The translations under genes and the position numbers were made by a program. A DNA stretch of 32,000 nt, from positions 600,001 to 632,000 of the forward strand of contig NC_016803.1 in assembly GCF_000189295.2 (NCBI RefSeq). Reading direction: 5' to 3'. Source of the stretch: Pseudodesulfovibrio mercurii (GTDB taxonomy: Bacteria > Desulfobacterota > Desulfovibrionia > Desulfovibrionales > Desulfovibrionaceae). Below are positions 15,265 through 23,254 of this stretch, piece by piece. The notes below the pieces were generated by a model, which ran no database searches, was not told the origin of the DNA, and worked only from the letters and a program-made list of their open reading frames with translations. Numbering within the stretch: the first letter of the stretch is position 1; the number at the start of each line of letters is the position of its first letter.

Positions 15265-17472
15265 ATGCGTGAACTGCTGAAACGATTGTTCAAGAGGGAC
15301 CAGCTGATACTCCTGGGAGCGGGCGTATCGGTCACGGTCATCATGATCGCGCTGTTCCTCAGCCAACCGAAATTCCTGCACCTGCTCAACCTGAAGATCT
15401 ACGACAACTACCTGCGCCAGTATCACCAGCCCGCCGCCACCCAGGTGCCGGTGATCATCGACCTGGACGAGAAGAGCCTGGCCGAACTGGGCCAGTGGCC
15501 CTGGCCGCGCTACCGGGTGGCCCTGCTGCTCAAGTACCTGACCGCCTACGGCGCCGTGGCCGTGGCCTCGGACGTCATTTTCAGCGAACCGGACCGGACC
15601 TCCCCGATGGTCATGCAGGCCGACGTCAGGCGCGAGCTGCACATCGACATGCGTTTCGAGGGGCTGCCCAGGGACCTCATGGATTACGACAGGCTGCTGG
15701 CCTACAATCTCAAGGACGGGCCCTACACCCTCGGGTTCGACTTCAGCCGCGACAGGGCCGTCGCCAACAACGATTGCTGCGTACGGCCCGCCCGGACGGC
15801 CGTCCTGTCGCCGCCCGGCGCGCCGTCGCCCCACGACTGCCTGCCCGAGGGCGACCGGATGATCTGCCCCATCCCGGTCCTGGCCGAGGCGGCCCCGGAG
15901 AGCGGCTTCATCACCATCACCCCGGACCTGGACTCCGTGTACCGCCGGGTGCCCCTGCTCTACAGCCACGACGGACAGATTTACGCCAGCCTGGCCCTGG
16001 CCACCCTCATGCAGGCCACGGGCGAAAAGAACATCATCATCAAGATGTCGCCCGTGGGCATCGAATCCATCAAGTTCAACGACGTGGTCGTCCCCACGGA
16101 CGCCGGCGGGCAGATGCTCATCAACTACCGCGGCCCCATGCGGACCTTCGAATACATCTCGGCCGCGGACGTCCTCGCCCGCAAGCTGGCGCCCGGCTCC
16201 CTGCGCGGCAGGATCGCCTTCATCGGTACCTCGGCCTCGGGGCTCAAGGACATCCGGGCCACGCCGCTGGACCCCGGCTTCCCCGGCGTTGAGGCCCACG
16301 CCACCATCGTGGACAATATCCTGTCCAAACAGATCCTCTCGGTGCCGGACTGGGCGCCGGGCCTGGAGTTCCTGGGCATGCTGGCGGGCGGACTGGTGAC
16401 CACCTTCCTGCTCATGTGGGCCCGCGCCTCGTGGATCATCCTGCCCCTGCTCGGCATGGGCTGCGCCATGTGGTACGGATCCGTGCTCTTCTACAGGGAG
16501 CAAAACCTCTTCATCTCGCCCATGTACTCCTACCTGACCCTGGGCCTGACCTTCATCACCCTGACCCTGATCAAATTCTGGCGCGAGGAGACCGCCAAAC
16601 GGTACATCCACGGGGCCTTCGCCCACTACCTCGCCCCGTCGGTCATCTCGCAGATCATGGACAACCCGGACGCCCTGTCCCTGGACGGCCAGGAAAAGAA
16701 CATCACCATCCAGTTCTCGGACGTGCGCAACTTCACCTCCCTGTCCGAAAAACTCTCGCCCACCCAGGTCACGGACCTGCTCCACGACTACCTGACGCCC
16801 ATGACCCGGATCATCACCGAAAACGAGGGCACCCTGGACAAGTTCATCGGCGACGCGGTCATGGCCTTCTGGAACGCCCCCCTGGACATCGAAAACCATC
16901 AGGAAAAATCCCTGCGCGCCGCCCTGGCCCAGCAGCGCAGACTCGAGGAACTGAACAAGGTGTTTCTCGAAAAATACGGCTTCGCCATCGCCGTGGGCAT
17001 CGGCATTCACTGCGGCCCGGTGCGTGTGGGCAACATGGGCTCCAGCGACCTCTTCGACTACACCCTCATCGGCGACAACGTGAACCTCGCCTCGCGCCTG
17101 GAGGGACTGACCAAGTACTACGGCCAGAAGATCGTGGTCAGCCAGGCCATCCGCGACGCCTGCCCGGACGGCCACTACTTCCGCATCCTCGACAACGTGC
17201 GGGTCAAGGGCAAGAAAGAGCCCGTGACCATCTATACCGTGTACGCCCCGGAAGAGGCCGAAGCGCGGCGCGACGAACTCGCCCTCCACGAACGCGCCCA
17301 CCAGGCCTACGTGGACCGCGACTTCGAAACCGCCGAAACCCTGTTCCGCCAACTGCGCGGATACGGAAGGGACACCATCCTCTGCGACCTGTACATCGAA
17401 CGCTGCGAACACCTCCAAACCGAACCGCCCGCCTGCGACTGGGACTGCGTCTTCACGCACAAGACGAAATAG
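15265..17472 (+). CDS. CHASE2 sensor-domain class III adenylate/guanylate cyclase
   Basis: N-terminal TM helix plus a CHASE2-like periplasmic region, then a TM bundle, then a cyclase domain with FSDVRNFTSLSE, KFIGDAVMAFWNAP and GDNVNLASRLEG. Confidence 0.9.
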   Translation: MRELLKRLFKRDQLILLGAGVSVTVIMIALFLSQPKFLHLLNLKIYDNYLRQYHQPAATQVPVIIDLDEKSLAELGQWPWPRYRVALLLKYLTAYGAVAVASDVIFSEPDRTSPMVMQADVRRELHIDMRFEGLPRDLMDYDRLLAYNLKDGPYTLGFDFSRDRAVANNDCCVRPARTAVLSPPGAPSPHDCLPEGDRMICPIPVLAEAAPESGFITITPDLDSVYRRVPLLYSHDGQIYASLALATLMQATGEKNIIIKMSPVGIESIKFNDVVVPTDAGGQMLINYRGPMRTFEYISAADVLARKLAPGSLRGRIAFIGTSASGLKDIRATPLDPGFPGVEAHATIVDNILSKQILSVPDWAPGLEFLGMLAGGLVTTFLLMWARASWIILPLLGMGCAMWYGSVLFYREQNLFISPMYSYLTLGLTFITLTLIKFWREETAKRYIHGAFAHYLAPSVISQIMDNPDALSLDGQEKNITIQFSDVRNFTSLSEKLSPTQVTDLLHDYLTPMTRIITENEGTLDKFIGDAVMAFWNAPLDIENHQEKSLRAALAQQRRLEELNKVFLEKYGFAIAVGIGIHCGPVRVGNMGSSDLFDYTLIGDNVNLASRLEGLTKYYGQKIVVSQAIRDACPDGHYFRILDNVRVKGKKEPVTIYTVYAPEEAEARRDELALHERAHQAYVDRDFETAETLFRQLRGYGRDTILCDLYIERCEHLQTEPPACDWDCVFTHKTK

Positions 17473-17474
17473 GA

Positions 17475-17772
17475 GGATGCCTCCGGCGGCCAGGGGGGAA
17501 GGGGAGAGAGAGGGAACCCTTTGGAAAGGGTTCCCCTCTCTCTCCCCTTCCCCCCTGGACCCCCCAACCCCACTCTCTCCCTCCTAAACTTTTCAGCGCC
17601 GCTTCGCGGGGTGGGTAGCGGAAGATTTATTCTGTTACTGAGATATTATGGATGCGATGTGGAGTCGAAAAGACGCACGGAGTCTGCGCCCATTCGGCCT
17701 CCGCAAAGCGGCGCCAAAAGTTTTGGAGAGCCAGAGAACCTTTTTCAAAAGGTTCTCTGGCCGCCGGAGGCG
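17475..17772. mobile_element. About 300-bp MITE/BIME-like palindromic element, copy 1
   Basis: Terminal inverted repeats GGATGCCTCCGGCGGCC (17475-17491) and GGCCGCCGGAGGC (17759-17771). Long hairpin 17490-17558 and short hairpin 17731-17760. Inverted subterminal boxes AAACTTTTCAGCGCCGCTTCGCGG and CCGCAAAGCGGCGCCAAAAGTTTT. AT-rich centre. A related copy lies at 25539-25844. Confidence 0.6.
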
Positions 17773-17812
17773 AAAAAAAAGGGCCGCCCTGCGGGGCGGC
17801 CCTTTTCGATTT
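17773..17812. terminator. Bidirectional intrinsic terminator
   Basis: A8-GGGCCGCC-CTGCGG-GGCGGCCC-TTTTCGATTT, between the cyclase gene (+) and the oxidoreductase gene (-). Confidence 0.75.
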
Positions 17813-17828
17813 GTTCAGATGACCCGGT

Positions 17829-19091
17829 CTAGGGGTTGTTCATCATGGCTTCGATGAAGCTGTCGGGCCAGAGGGCCGGGGAAGGGTCGCCTTCCATGAG
17901 CCGTTCCTTGCCCGCCTCGTCCAGTTCGAAGCCGTTCTTGATGAAACTGGTGTAGAACCCGGCCGCGTCGATGGCCCCGATGAGGATGCATCCGGCGAGC
18001 ACGTTGTTCTTGAAGATGAGCTTGCGGTAGATCGAGTTGTCGCGGTCCAGGAATACGGCGGTTTCGTAGTTGTCGTCGTCGGCCAGGTTGGTCTCGCCCA
18101 CGGAGATGGTCGGCAGGCCGTAGTAGGTGATGGAGTTCATGGACAGGCCGCCGGTGTACGGGGTTTCGGCCCCGGCCATGTTGCGGCCCGCGTAGCGACC
18201 CTGGGTGTAGGCGTTGGGCCAGATGGGCCGGACCGTGTATTCGCCGGTCAGCAGGTCCTTGGCCTCGGCCACGTCGCCGGCGGCGAAGATGTCCGCATCG
18301 GAGGTGGCCATGTAGTCGTTCACGCGGATGCCCTTCTCGGTGGTCAGTCCGGCCTGGACGGCCAGTCCCATGTTCGGGCGCACGCCAGCGGCCACGATGA
18401 CCACGTCCGCCGGAACGAGCCCCTGGTCGGTCTCCACGCCCTTGATGGCGCCGTCCTTGTAGCGGACGATCTCCTTGGTGGCCGTGCCCTGCATGAAGCG
18501 GATGCCGTTCTTTTCCAGGTGGTTGACGATGAGTTCGCCGGCGGTCTCGTCGAAGTAGGTGCGCATGATCCGGGAGCGGACCACGATGGTCACGTCCACG
18601 CCCTTCTCGGCGAACCCTTCGGCGGCCTTGAGGGCGATGAGGCCCGCGCCGATGACCACGACCTTCTTGACCTTGTCCACCAGGTCCTTGAGGGTCTCGG
18701 CATGGGCCACGGTGGTGAAATTGTACACGCCGGGTCCATCGATGCCCGGCATATTCGGCTTGACCGGGGTGCCGCCCGTGGCCAGCAGCAGCTTGTCGTA
18801 GTTGATCCGGTCGCCGCAGTCGAGGGTCAGGACCTTTCCGGCCGGGTCCACGGACAGGACGCGGGAGCCCAGCCGCATGGTCACCCCGTTCCGCTCGTAA
18901 AACTCCTCGGGGCGGAACGGCAGGGTCTCGAACTTGATCTTGTCCGAGAGATAATAGGAAATGAGCGGGCGGCCGTAGGTCGGCACGGTCTCGTCACTGA
19001 CGACCGTGATGGTCCCGGTCTTGTCGTGCTGGCGAATGCCCTCGATGGCGCCGATGGCCGAAACACCATTTCCTACAATAACGTAATCCAT
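17829..19091 (-). CDS. NAD(P)/FAD-dependent oxidoreductase (pyridine nucleotide-disulfide oxidoreductase family)
   Basis: Two Rossmann motifs (VIVGNGVSAIGA and VVVIGAGLIALKAAE) with GD-containing FAD motif AAGDVAE. 420 aa. Confidence 0.9.
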   Translation of the reverse strand: MDYVIVGNGVSAIGAIEGIRQHDKTGTITVVSDETVPTYGRPLISYYLSDKIKFETLPFRPEEFYERNGVTMRLGSRVLSVDPAGKVLTLDCGDRINYDKLLLATGGTPVKPNMPGIDGPGVYNFTTVAHAETLKDLVDKVKKVVVIGAGLIALKAAEGFAEKGVDVTIVVRSRIMRTYFDETAGELIVNHLEKNGIRFMQGTATKEIVRYKDGAIKGVETDQGLVPADVVIVAAGVRPNMGLAVQAGLTTEKGIRVNDYMATSDADIFAAGDVAEAKDLLTGEYTVRPIWPNAYTQGRYAGRNMAGAETPYTGGLSMNSITYYGLPTISVGETNLADDDNYETAVFLDRDNSIYRKLIFKNNVLAGCILIGAIDAAGFYTSFIKNGFELDEAGKERLMEGDPSPALWPDSFIEAMMNNP

Positions 19092-19339
19092 GCGGAACTC
19101 CTCCTGATCCAGGTCTCAAGGCGTTGACAAATCTGACAAACCCGAGTCGTCAAAACTTGCCGGACCGACTTTCTACACATTTTTTAGTAAAAAATCCATA
19201 GATAATAATTAAAACGGGTGTTTCAAGATAACCTATTGATATAAAAAGATAAACGTATCGGCAAAAGATTTGCCAGAAGGAGGAAGAAACGGTATTTAGG
19301 GCTCCGCCAAAACCACATCAGAACACGAGAATTCACGAC

Positions 19340-20758
19340 GTGAGCATAGACGGACACAAGATACTCATTGCCAACCGGGGCGAGATCGCCGTGCGGATCA
19401 TGGAGGCATGTTCCGACCTCGGCCTGCCCTTCGCGGCCCTGTACACCGAAGAGGACTCCCAGTCCGGCCACCTGGACGTGGCCCGCCGACTGGGCGGGGA
19501 GAAATCCCTGTACCGCATCCACAACTACCTCGACGCCGGGGACATCCTGTCCGTGGCCGATGAGGCCGGGGCCACGGCCATCCATCCCGGATACGGCTTC
19601 TTTTCCGAAAACTACCGGTTCGCCCGGCGCGTGGTCCAGCGGGACCGCGCCATGACCTTCATCGGACCCTCCTGGGAGGTCATCCGCGACCTGGGCGACA
19701 AGATCAACACCAAGCGCATCGCCCGCACCCTGGGCGTGCCCACGGTGCCCGGCTCGGACCGGGCCATCTACGACGAGCTGGAGGCCGAGGCCATCGCCGA
19801 AAGCCTGTTCGAGTTCCAGGCCAAGATGGGCATAAACAGGCCCGTGGTCCTGGTCAAGGCCTCGGCGGGCGGCGGCGGCATGGGCATCGACGAGTGCGAG
19901 GACATGGCCCGCTTCCGCCAGACCTACCGGCGCATCCGCAACTACTCCCTGCGGACCTTCAACGACGAGGGCGTGCTCATCGAGCAGCGGGTCTTCAACT
20001 TCAACCACCTGGAAGTGCAGATCGTGTCCGACCGGTCCGGGACCAACCCGGTCCACTTCGGCACGCGCAACTGCTCGGTCCAGTCGCCCGGCCTGCAAAA
20101 ACGCATCGAGGTGGCCCCCGGCTTCTGGCCCCAAGGGTTCGCCTATTCGTTCGACGCCCAGAAGGTGCTCGACGACATCACCGGCTACTCCCTGTCCATC
20201 GCCAAGGAGATCAAGTACGACAACGTGGGCACCTGGGAGTGGATCGTGACCCCCAACGGCGATCCGTTCCTCATGGAGGTGAACACCCGCATCCAGGTGG
20301 AGAACGGCGTGTCGGCCTGCATCAGTTCGGTCAGGGGCGACCGCGACGTGAACCTCATCCGCGAGCAGATCCGGATCGGCTTGGGCGACCCCCTGGGCTA
20401 CACCCAGGACGACGTCACCTTCGACGGCGTGGGCATCGAATACCGGCTCATCGCCGAGGACACCGAGAACGGCTTCACCCCCTGGGTGGGCCGCATCGAG
20501 GAGCTCAAGTGGCAGGAGCGGGACTGGCTGACCGTGCACACCCACGTGCCCACGGATCGCACCTACCAGATTCCCACGGAGTACGACCCCAACCTGGCCC
20601 TGGCCATCATCTGGGGCAAGGACCTGGAGGAGGCCAAGGAGCGCGGCCTTCGGTTCCTGAACGACCTGAAGCTGAACGGCTCCGACTCCGCCGGGGGACC
20701 CATGAAGTCGAACGTCCCCTTCCTCCTCGCAAAAACCGCCAACCTCCTCGAATTCTAA
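19340..20758 (+). CDS. accC: Biotin carboxylase (AccC-like)
   Basis: KILIANRGEIAVR, ATP-grasp SAGGGGMGI, MEVNTRIQVE. GTG start at 19340; there is no in-frame ATG/GTG/TTG between 19265 and 19340. Confidence 0.9.
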   Translation: MSIDGHKILIANRGEIAVRIMEACSDLGLPFAALYTEEDSQSGHLDVARRLGGEKSLYRIHNYLDAGDILSVADEAGATAIHPGYGFFSENYRFARRVVQRDRAMTFIGPSWEVIRDLGDKINTKRIARTLGVPTVPGSDRAIYDELEAEAIAESLFEFQAKMGINRPVVLVKASAGGGGMGIDECEDMARFRQTYRRIRNYSLRTFNDEGVLIEQRVFNFNHLEVQIVSDRSGTNPVHFGTRNCSVQSPGLQKRIEVAPGFWPQGFAYSFDAQKVLDDITGYSLSIAKEIKYDNVGTWEWIVTPNGDPFLMEVNTRIQVENGVSACISSVRGDRDVNLIREQIRIGLGDPLGYTQDDVTFDGVGIEYRLIAEDTENGFTPWVGRIEELKWQERDWLTVHTHVPTDRTYQIPTEYDPNLALAIIWGKDLEEAKERGLRFLNDLKLNGSDSAGGPMKSNVPFLLAKTANLLEF

Positions 20759-20762
20759 GCCT

Positions 20763-23009
20763 ATGAATATAGAAAAAACACTGCAGTCCCTCCTGGGCCG
20801 GGTCAACTACGCCCGCGACATCCTGGGCAACAAGTCCCGCCCCGAGCTCGACGCGTTCGCCACGGAGATCAGCGGGTTCCAGGCGAAGAACGCGGACCTG
20901 ACCGAGGAGCAGACCATCCGGGCCGTTGAGTCCCTGGACAAACGGCTGTCCACCATGGAGACGGCCATCGACGCCCAGCTGACCGCCATGGACAAGGTGC
21001 GCATCGTCCGCCACCCCCAACGGGCCAGCCTCAAGGACATCCTCGAGAACGTCTACGACAACTACACCGAGATGGGCGGCCAGGACGAGCACTCCATCGA
21101 CCCCGGCATGCTCATCGCCCGCGCCTACATCACCCGGCGCCGGGGCAAAAAGATCATCAACCAGCCGGTCATGGTCGTGGGCCAGGAAAAGGGCCACGGC
21201 GAGGAGTTCCGCAACGGCGGCTCCATCAAGCCGTGGGGCAACTCCAAGGCGCTCAAGTACATGAAGGTCGCGGCGCGGGAGCAGATCCCCATCCACGCCT
21301 ACGTGAACACGCCGGGCTCCTACCCCATTGAGGACTTTCCGGGCGCTGCCCAGCAGATCGCGGAAAACATTTACGAAATGGCCGGACTGGACGTGCCCAT
21401 CGTGGCCATCTTCTCCGAGGGCGGATCGGGCGGCGCCGAGGCCATCGGCATGGCCGACAAACGCCTCATGCTCTCCCACGGCTACTACTCGGTCATCTCG
21501 CCCGAGGGCGCGGCGGCCATCGAGGGCCACATCCGGGGCTCCGAACGCGCCCCGGCCGAACTCATCGAGTCCTGCGCCCTGGCCCAGCGGATCACCGCCC
21601 AGGACAACCTGGCGGGCGGCTACATCGACGGCATCATCCAGGAGCCTCCGCTGGGCGCCCGGGCCGATCACTTCGACTTCTTCAAGCAGGTCCGCGAGCA
21701 GGTCATCCGGGCCACGGACGAGGTGGCCCTCAGCGTGCGGGGCGTGCACCTGTTCCGCGCCGTGGCCCTGCGCCACTTCAAGAAGAACACCGACGTCATC
21801 GTCCGCTGGTCCCTGAACGAGAAGGCCCGCGAGCGGCTGGTGGCCAAACGGTTCCGCAAATACCGGCGCATGGCCCAGCAGGCCTACCAGGACAACCGCT
21901 CCCTGCTGGAAAAGATGAGCGCCACCAGCTCCGGCATCGTCTCCAACACGACCAGCCTGATCCTGTACGGGCTGATCAAGCCGTTCAAGCAGCGCGTGGA
22001 GCGCATCGCGGAGGAGTTCCTGGACGAGGTCCACGTGATCACGGCCAGGTTCTACGCCATGTTCCGGGGGCTGCTGCGCAAGGTCGGCGTCACCTCGGGC
22101 ATGGACAGGCAGAAGGAGATGGAGCTGACCGGTCTGTCCCAGTCCGAGCCTGAAACGCCCGCCCTGGTCAACGACAGCGACTACGTCTCCCCCCAGGCCC
22201 TGGTGGACCGCGAGATCACCTGCCCGCACTCCAAGAAGCGCGGCTGCCTGGACATCTGGGCGCGCGACCTGTTCACCGACTACGCGGGCGTCTGCCCCAA
22301 CTGCGGCTACAACTTCCCCATGGAGTACCAGTGGTACCTCCACAACGTCTTCGACCGGGGCTCGGTGCGCGAGTTCAACCGGGACATCGCCTCGGGCAAC
22401 CCGACCAAGTTCCCCAACTTCGACGCCCGCATTGAGGCCGCCAAGAAGAAGACCGGCCTTGAGTCCAGCTGCCTGACCTTCAACGCCACCCTGGAGGGGC
22501 TGCGCGTGACCTGCGCCACCCTGGTGGCCAACTTCCGGGGCGGCTCCGTGGGCGCGGCCGAGGGCGAGAAGTTCATCCGCGCCCTGGAACTGGCCCAGAC
22601 CAAGCACCAGCCCTTCCTGGCCTACATCCACGGCACGGCGGGCATCCGCATCCAGGAGGGCGTCAACGGCCTGATCCAGATGCCCAGGGTGACCATGGCC
22701 GTGCGCCGCTACATCGAGGAAGGCGGCCTGTACATCGTGCTCTACGACACCAACTCCTACGCCGGGCCCGTGGCCTCCTTCCTGGGCTGTTCGCCCTACC
22801 AGTACGCAGTGCGCTCGTCGCGCATCGGCTTCGCCGGCCCCGGCGTCATCAAGGAGACCACAGGCATGGAGATCCCGCCCAACTACCACAACTGCTACAA
22901 GGCCCTGTCCAGGGGCCACATCCAGGGCGTGTGGAGCCGCAAGGATATCCGCAAGAACCTGCACCAGGCCTTCCTGACCATCGGCGGACGGAACCTCTAC
23001 TACCGCTAA
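20763..23009 (+). CDS. Acetyl-CoA carboxylase carboxyltransferase, fused alpha (AccA-like) and beta (AccD-like) halves
   Basis: The N-terminal half has AccA-like RHPQRASLKD...GQEKG...NTPGSYP...EGGSGGAEAIG...SVISPEGAAAI. The C-terminal half has an AccD-like Zn-ribbon (CPHSKKRGC...CPNCGY) and GGSVGAAEGEKF. It starts 4 nt after the accC stop. Confidence 0.9.
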   Translation: MNIEKTLQSLLGRVNYARDILGNKSRPELDAFATEISGFQAKNADLTEEQTIRAVESLDKRLSTMETAIDAQLTAMDKVRIVRHPQRASLKDILENVYDNYTEMGGQDEHSIDPGMLIARAYITRRRGKKIINQPVMVVGQEKGHGEEFRNGGSIKPWGNSKALKYMKVAAREQIPIHAYVNTPGSYPIEDFPGAAQQIAENIYEMAGLDVPIVAIFSEGGSGGAEAIGMADKRLMLSHGYYSVISPEGAAAIEGHIRGSERAPAELIESCALAQRITAQDNLAGGYIDGIIQEPPLGARADHFDFFKQVREQVIRATDEVALSVRGVHLFRAVALRHFKKNTDVIVRWSLNEKARERLVAKRFRKYRRMAQQAYQDNRSLLEKMSATSSGIVSNTTSLILYGLIKPFKQRVERIAEEFLDEVHVITARFYAMFRGLLRKVGVTSGMDRQKEMELTGLSQSEPETPALVNDSDYVSPQALVDREITCPHSKKRGCLDIWARDLFTDYAGVCPNCGYNFPMEYQWYLHNVFDRGSVREFNRDIASGNPTKFPNFDARIEAAKKKTGLESSCLTFNATLEGLRVTCATLVANFRGGSVGAAEGEKFIRALELAQTKHQPFLAYIHGTAGIRIQEGVNGLIQMPRVTMAVRRYIEEGGLYIVLYDTNSYAGPVASFLGCSPYQYAVRSSRIGFAGPGVIKETTGMEIPPNYHNCYKALSRGHIQGVWSRKDIRKNLHQAFLTIGGRNLYYR

Positions 23010-23035
23010 CCCCCGCCTCTGATTCGACAAACGAA

Positions 23036-23062
23036 GGCAGCCCCCACAGGCTGCCTTTTTTT
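23036..23062 (+). terminator. Intrinsic terminator after the acc genes
   Basis: GGCAGCC-CCCACA-GGCTGCC followed by TTTTTTT. Confidence 0.8.
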
Positions 23063-23254
23063 GTCCGCAACCGAATTTTACGCATCCTGACACCGATCGG
23101 TAACAACCGAAGCCGCGACGCATGTAACAGATTCGATGCGCAGGTCACCCGGCGGTGCCCGCATCGCCGGTACCCCGGCGAAATGGCGAGACCTCTTGAG
23201 CCATGCAATTTCGTCAACACACGATCCGCCCGACTCGACCACAGGGGAATGACG

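Noticed and set aside
15217-17460. 747-aa minus-strand ORF antisense to the CHASE2 cyclase gene. The same applies to 19223..20806(-), 20607..23123(-), 23858..25024(-), 25922..27346(+), 27577..30171(+), 3614..4621(+), 5204..6484(+), 6521..7771(+), 12530..13474(-) and 14245..15138(-).
   Set aside because: The translations are low-complexity (Gly/Asp/Val/His/Arg/Pro-rich) with no recognisable motifs. The opposite strand encodes proteins with clear family signatures. Long stop-free antisense frames are expected in high-GC coding DNA.
22931-23254. Upstream extension of the GGDEF/EAL ORF
   Set aside because: It begins inside accA-accD and reads through its intrinsic terminator (23036-23062).
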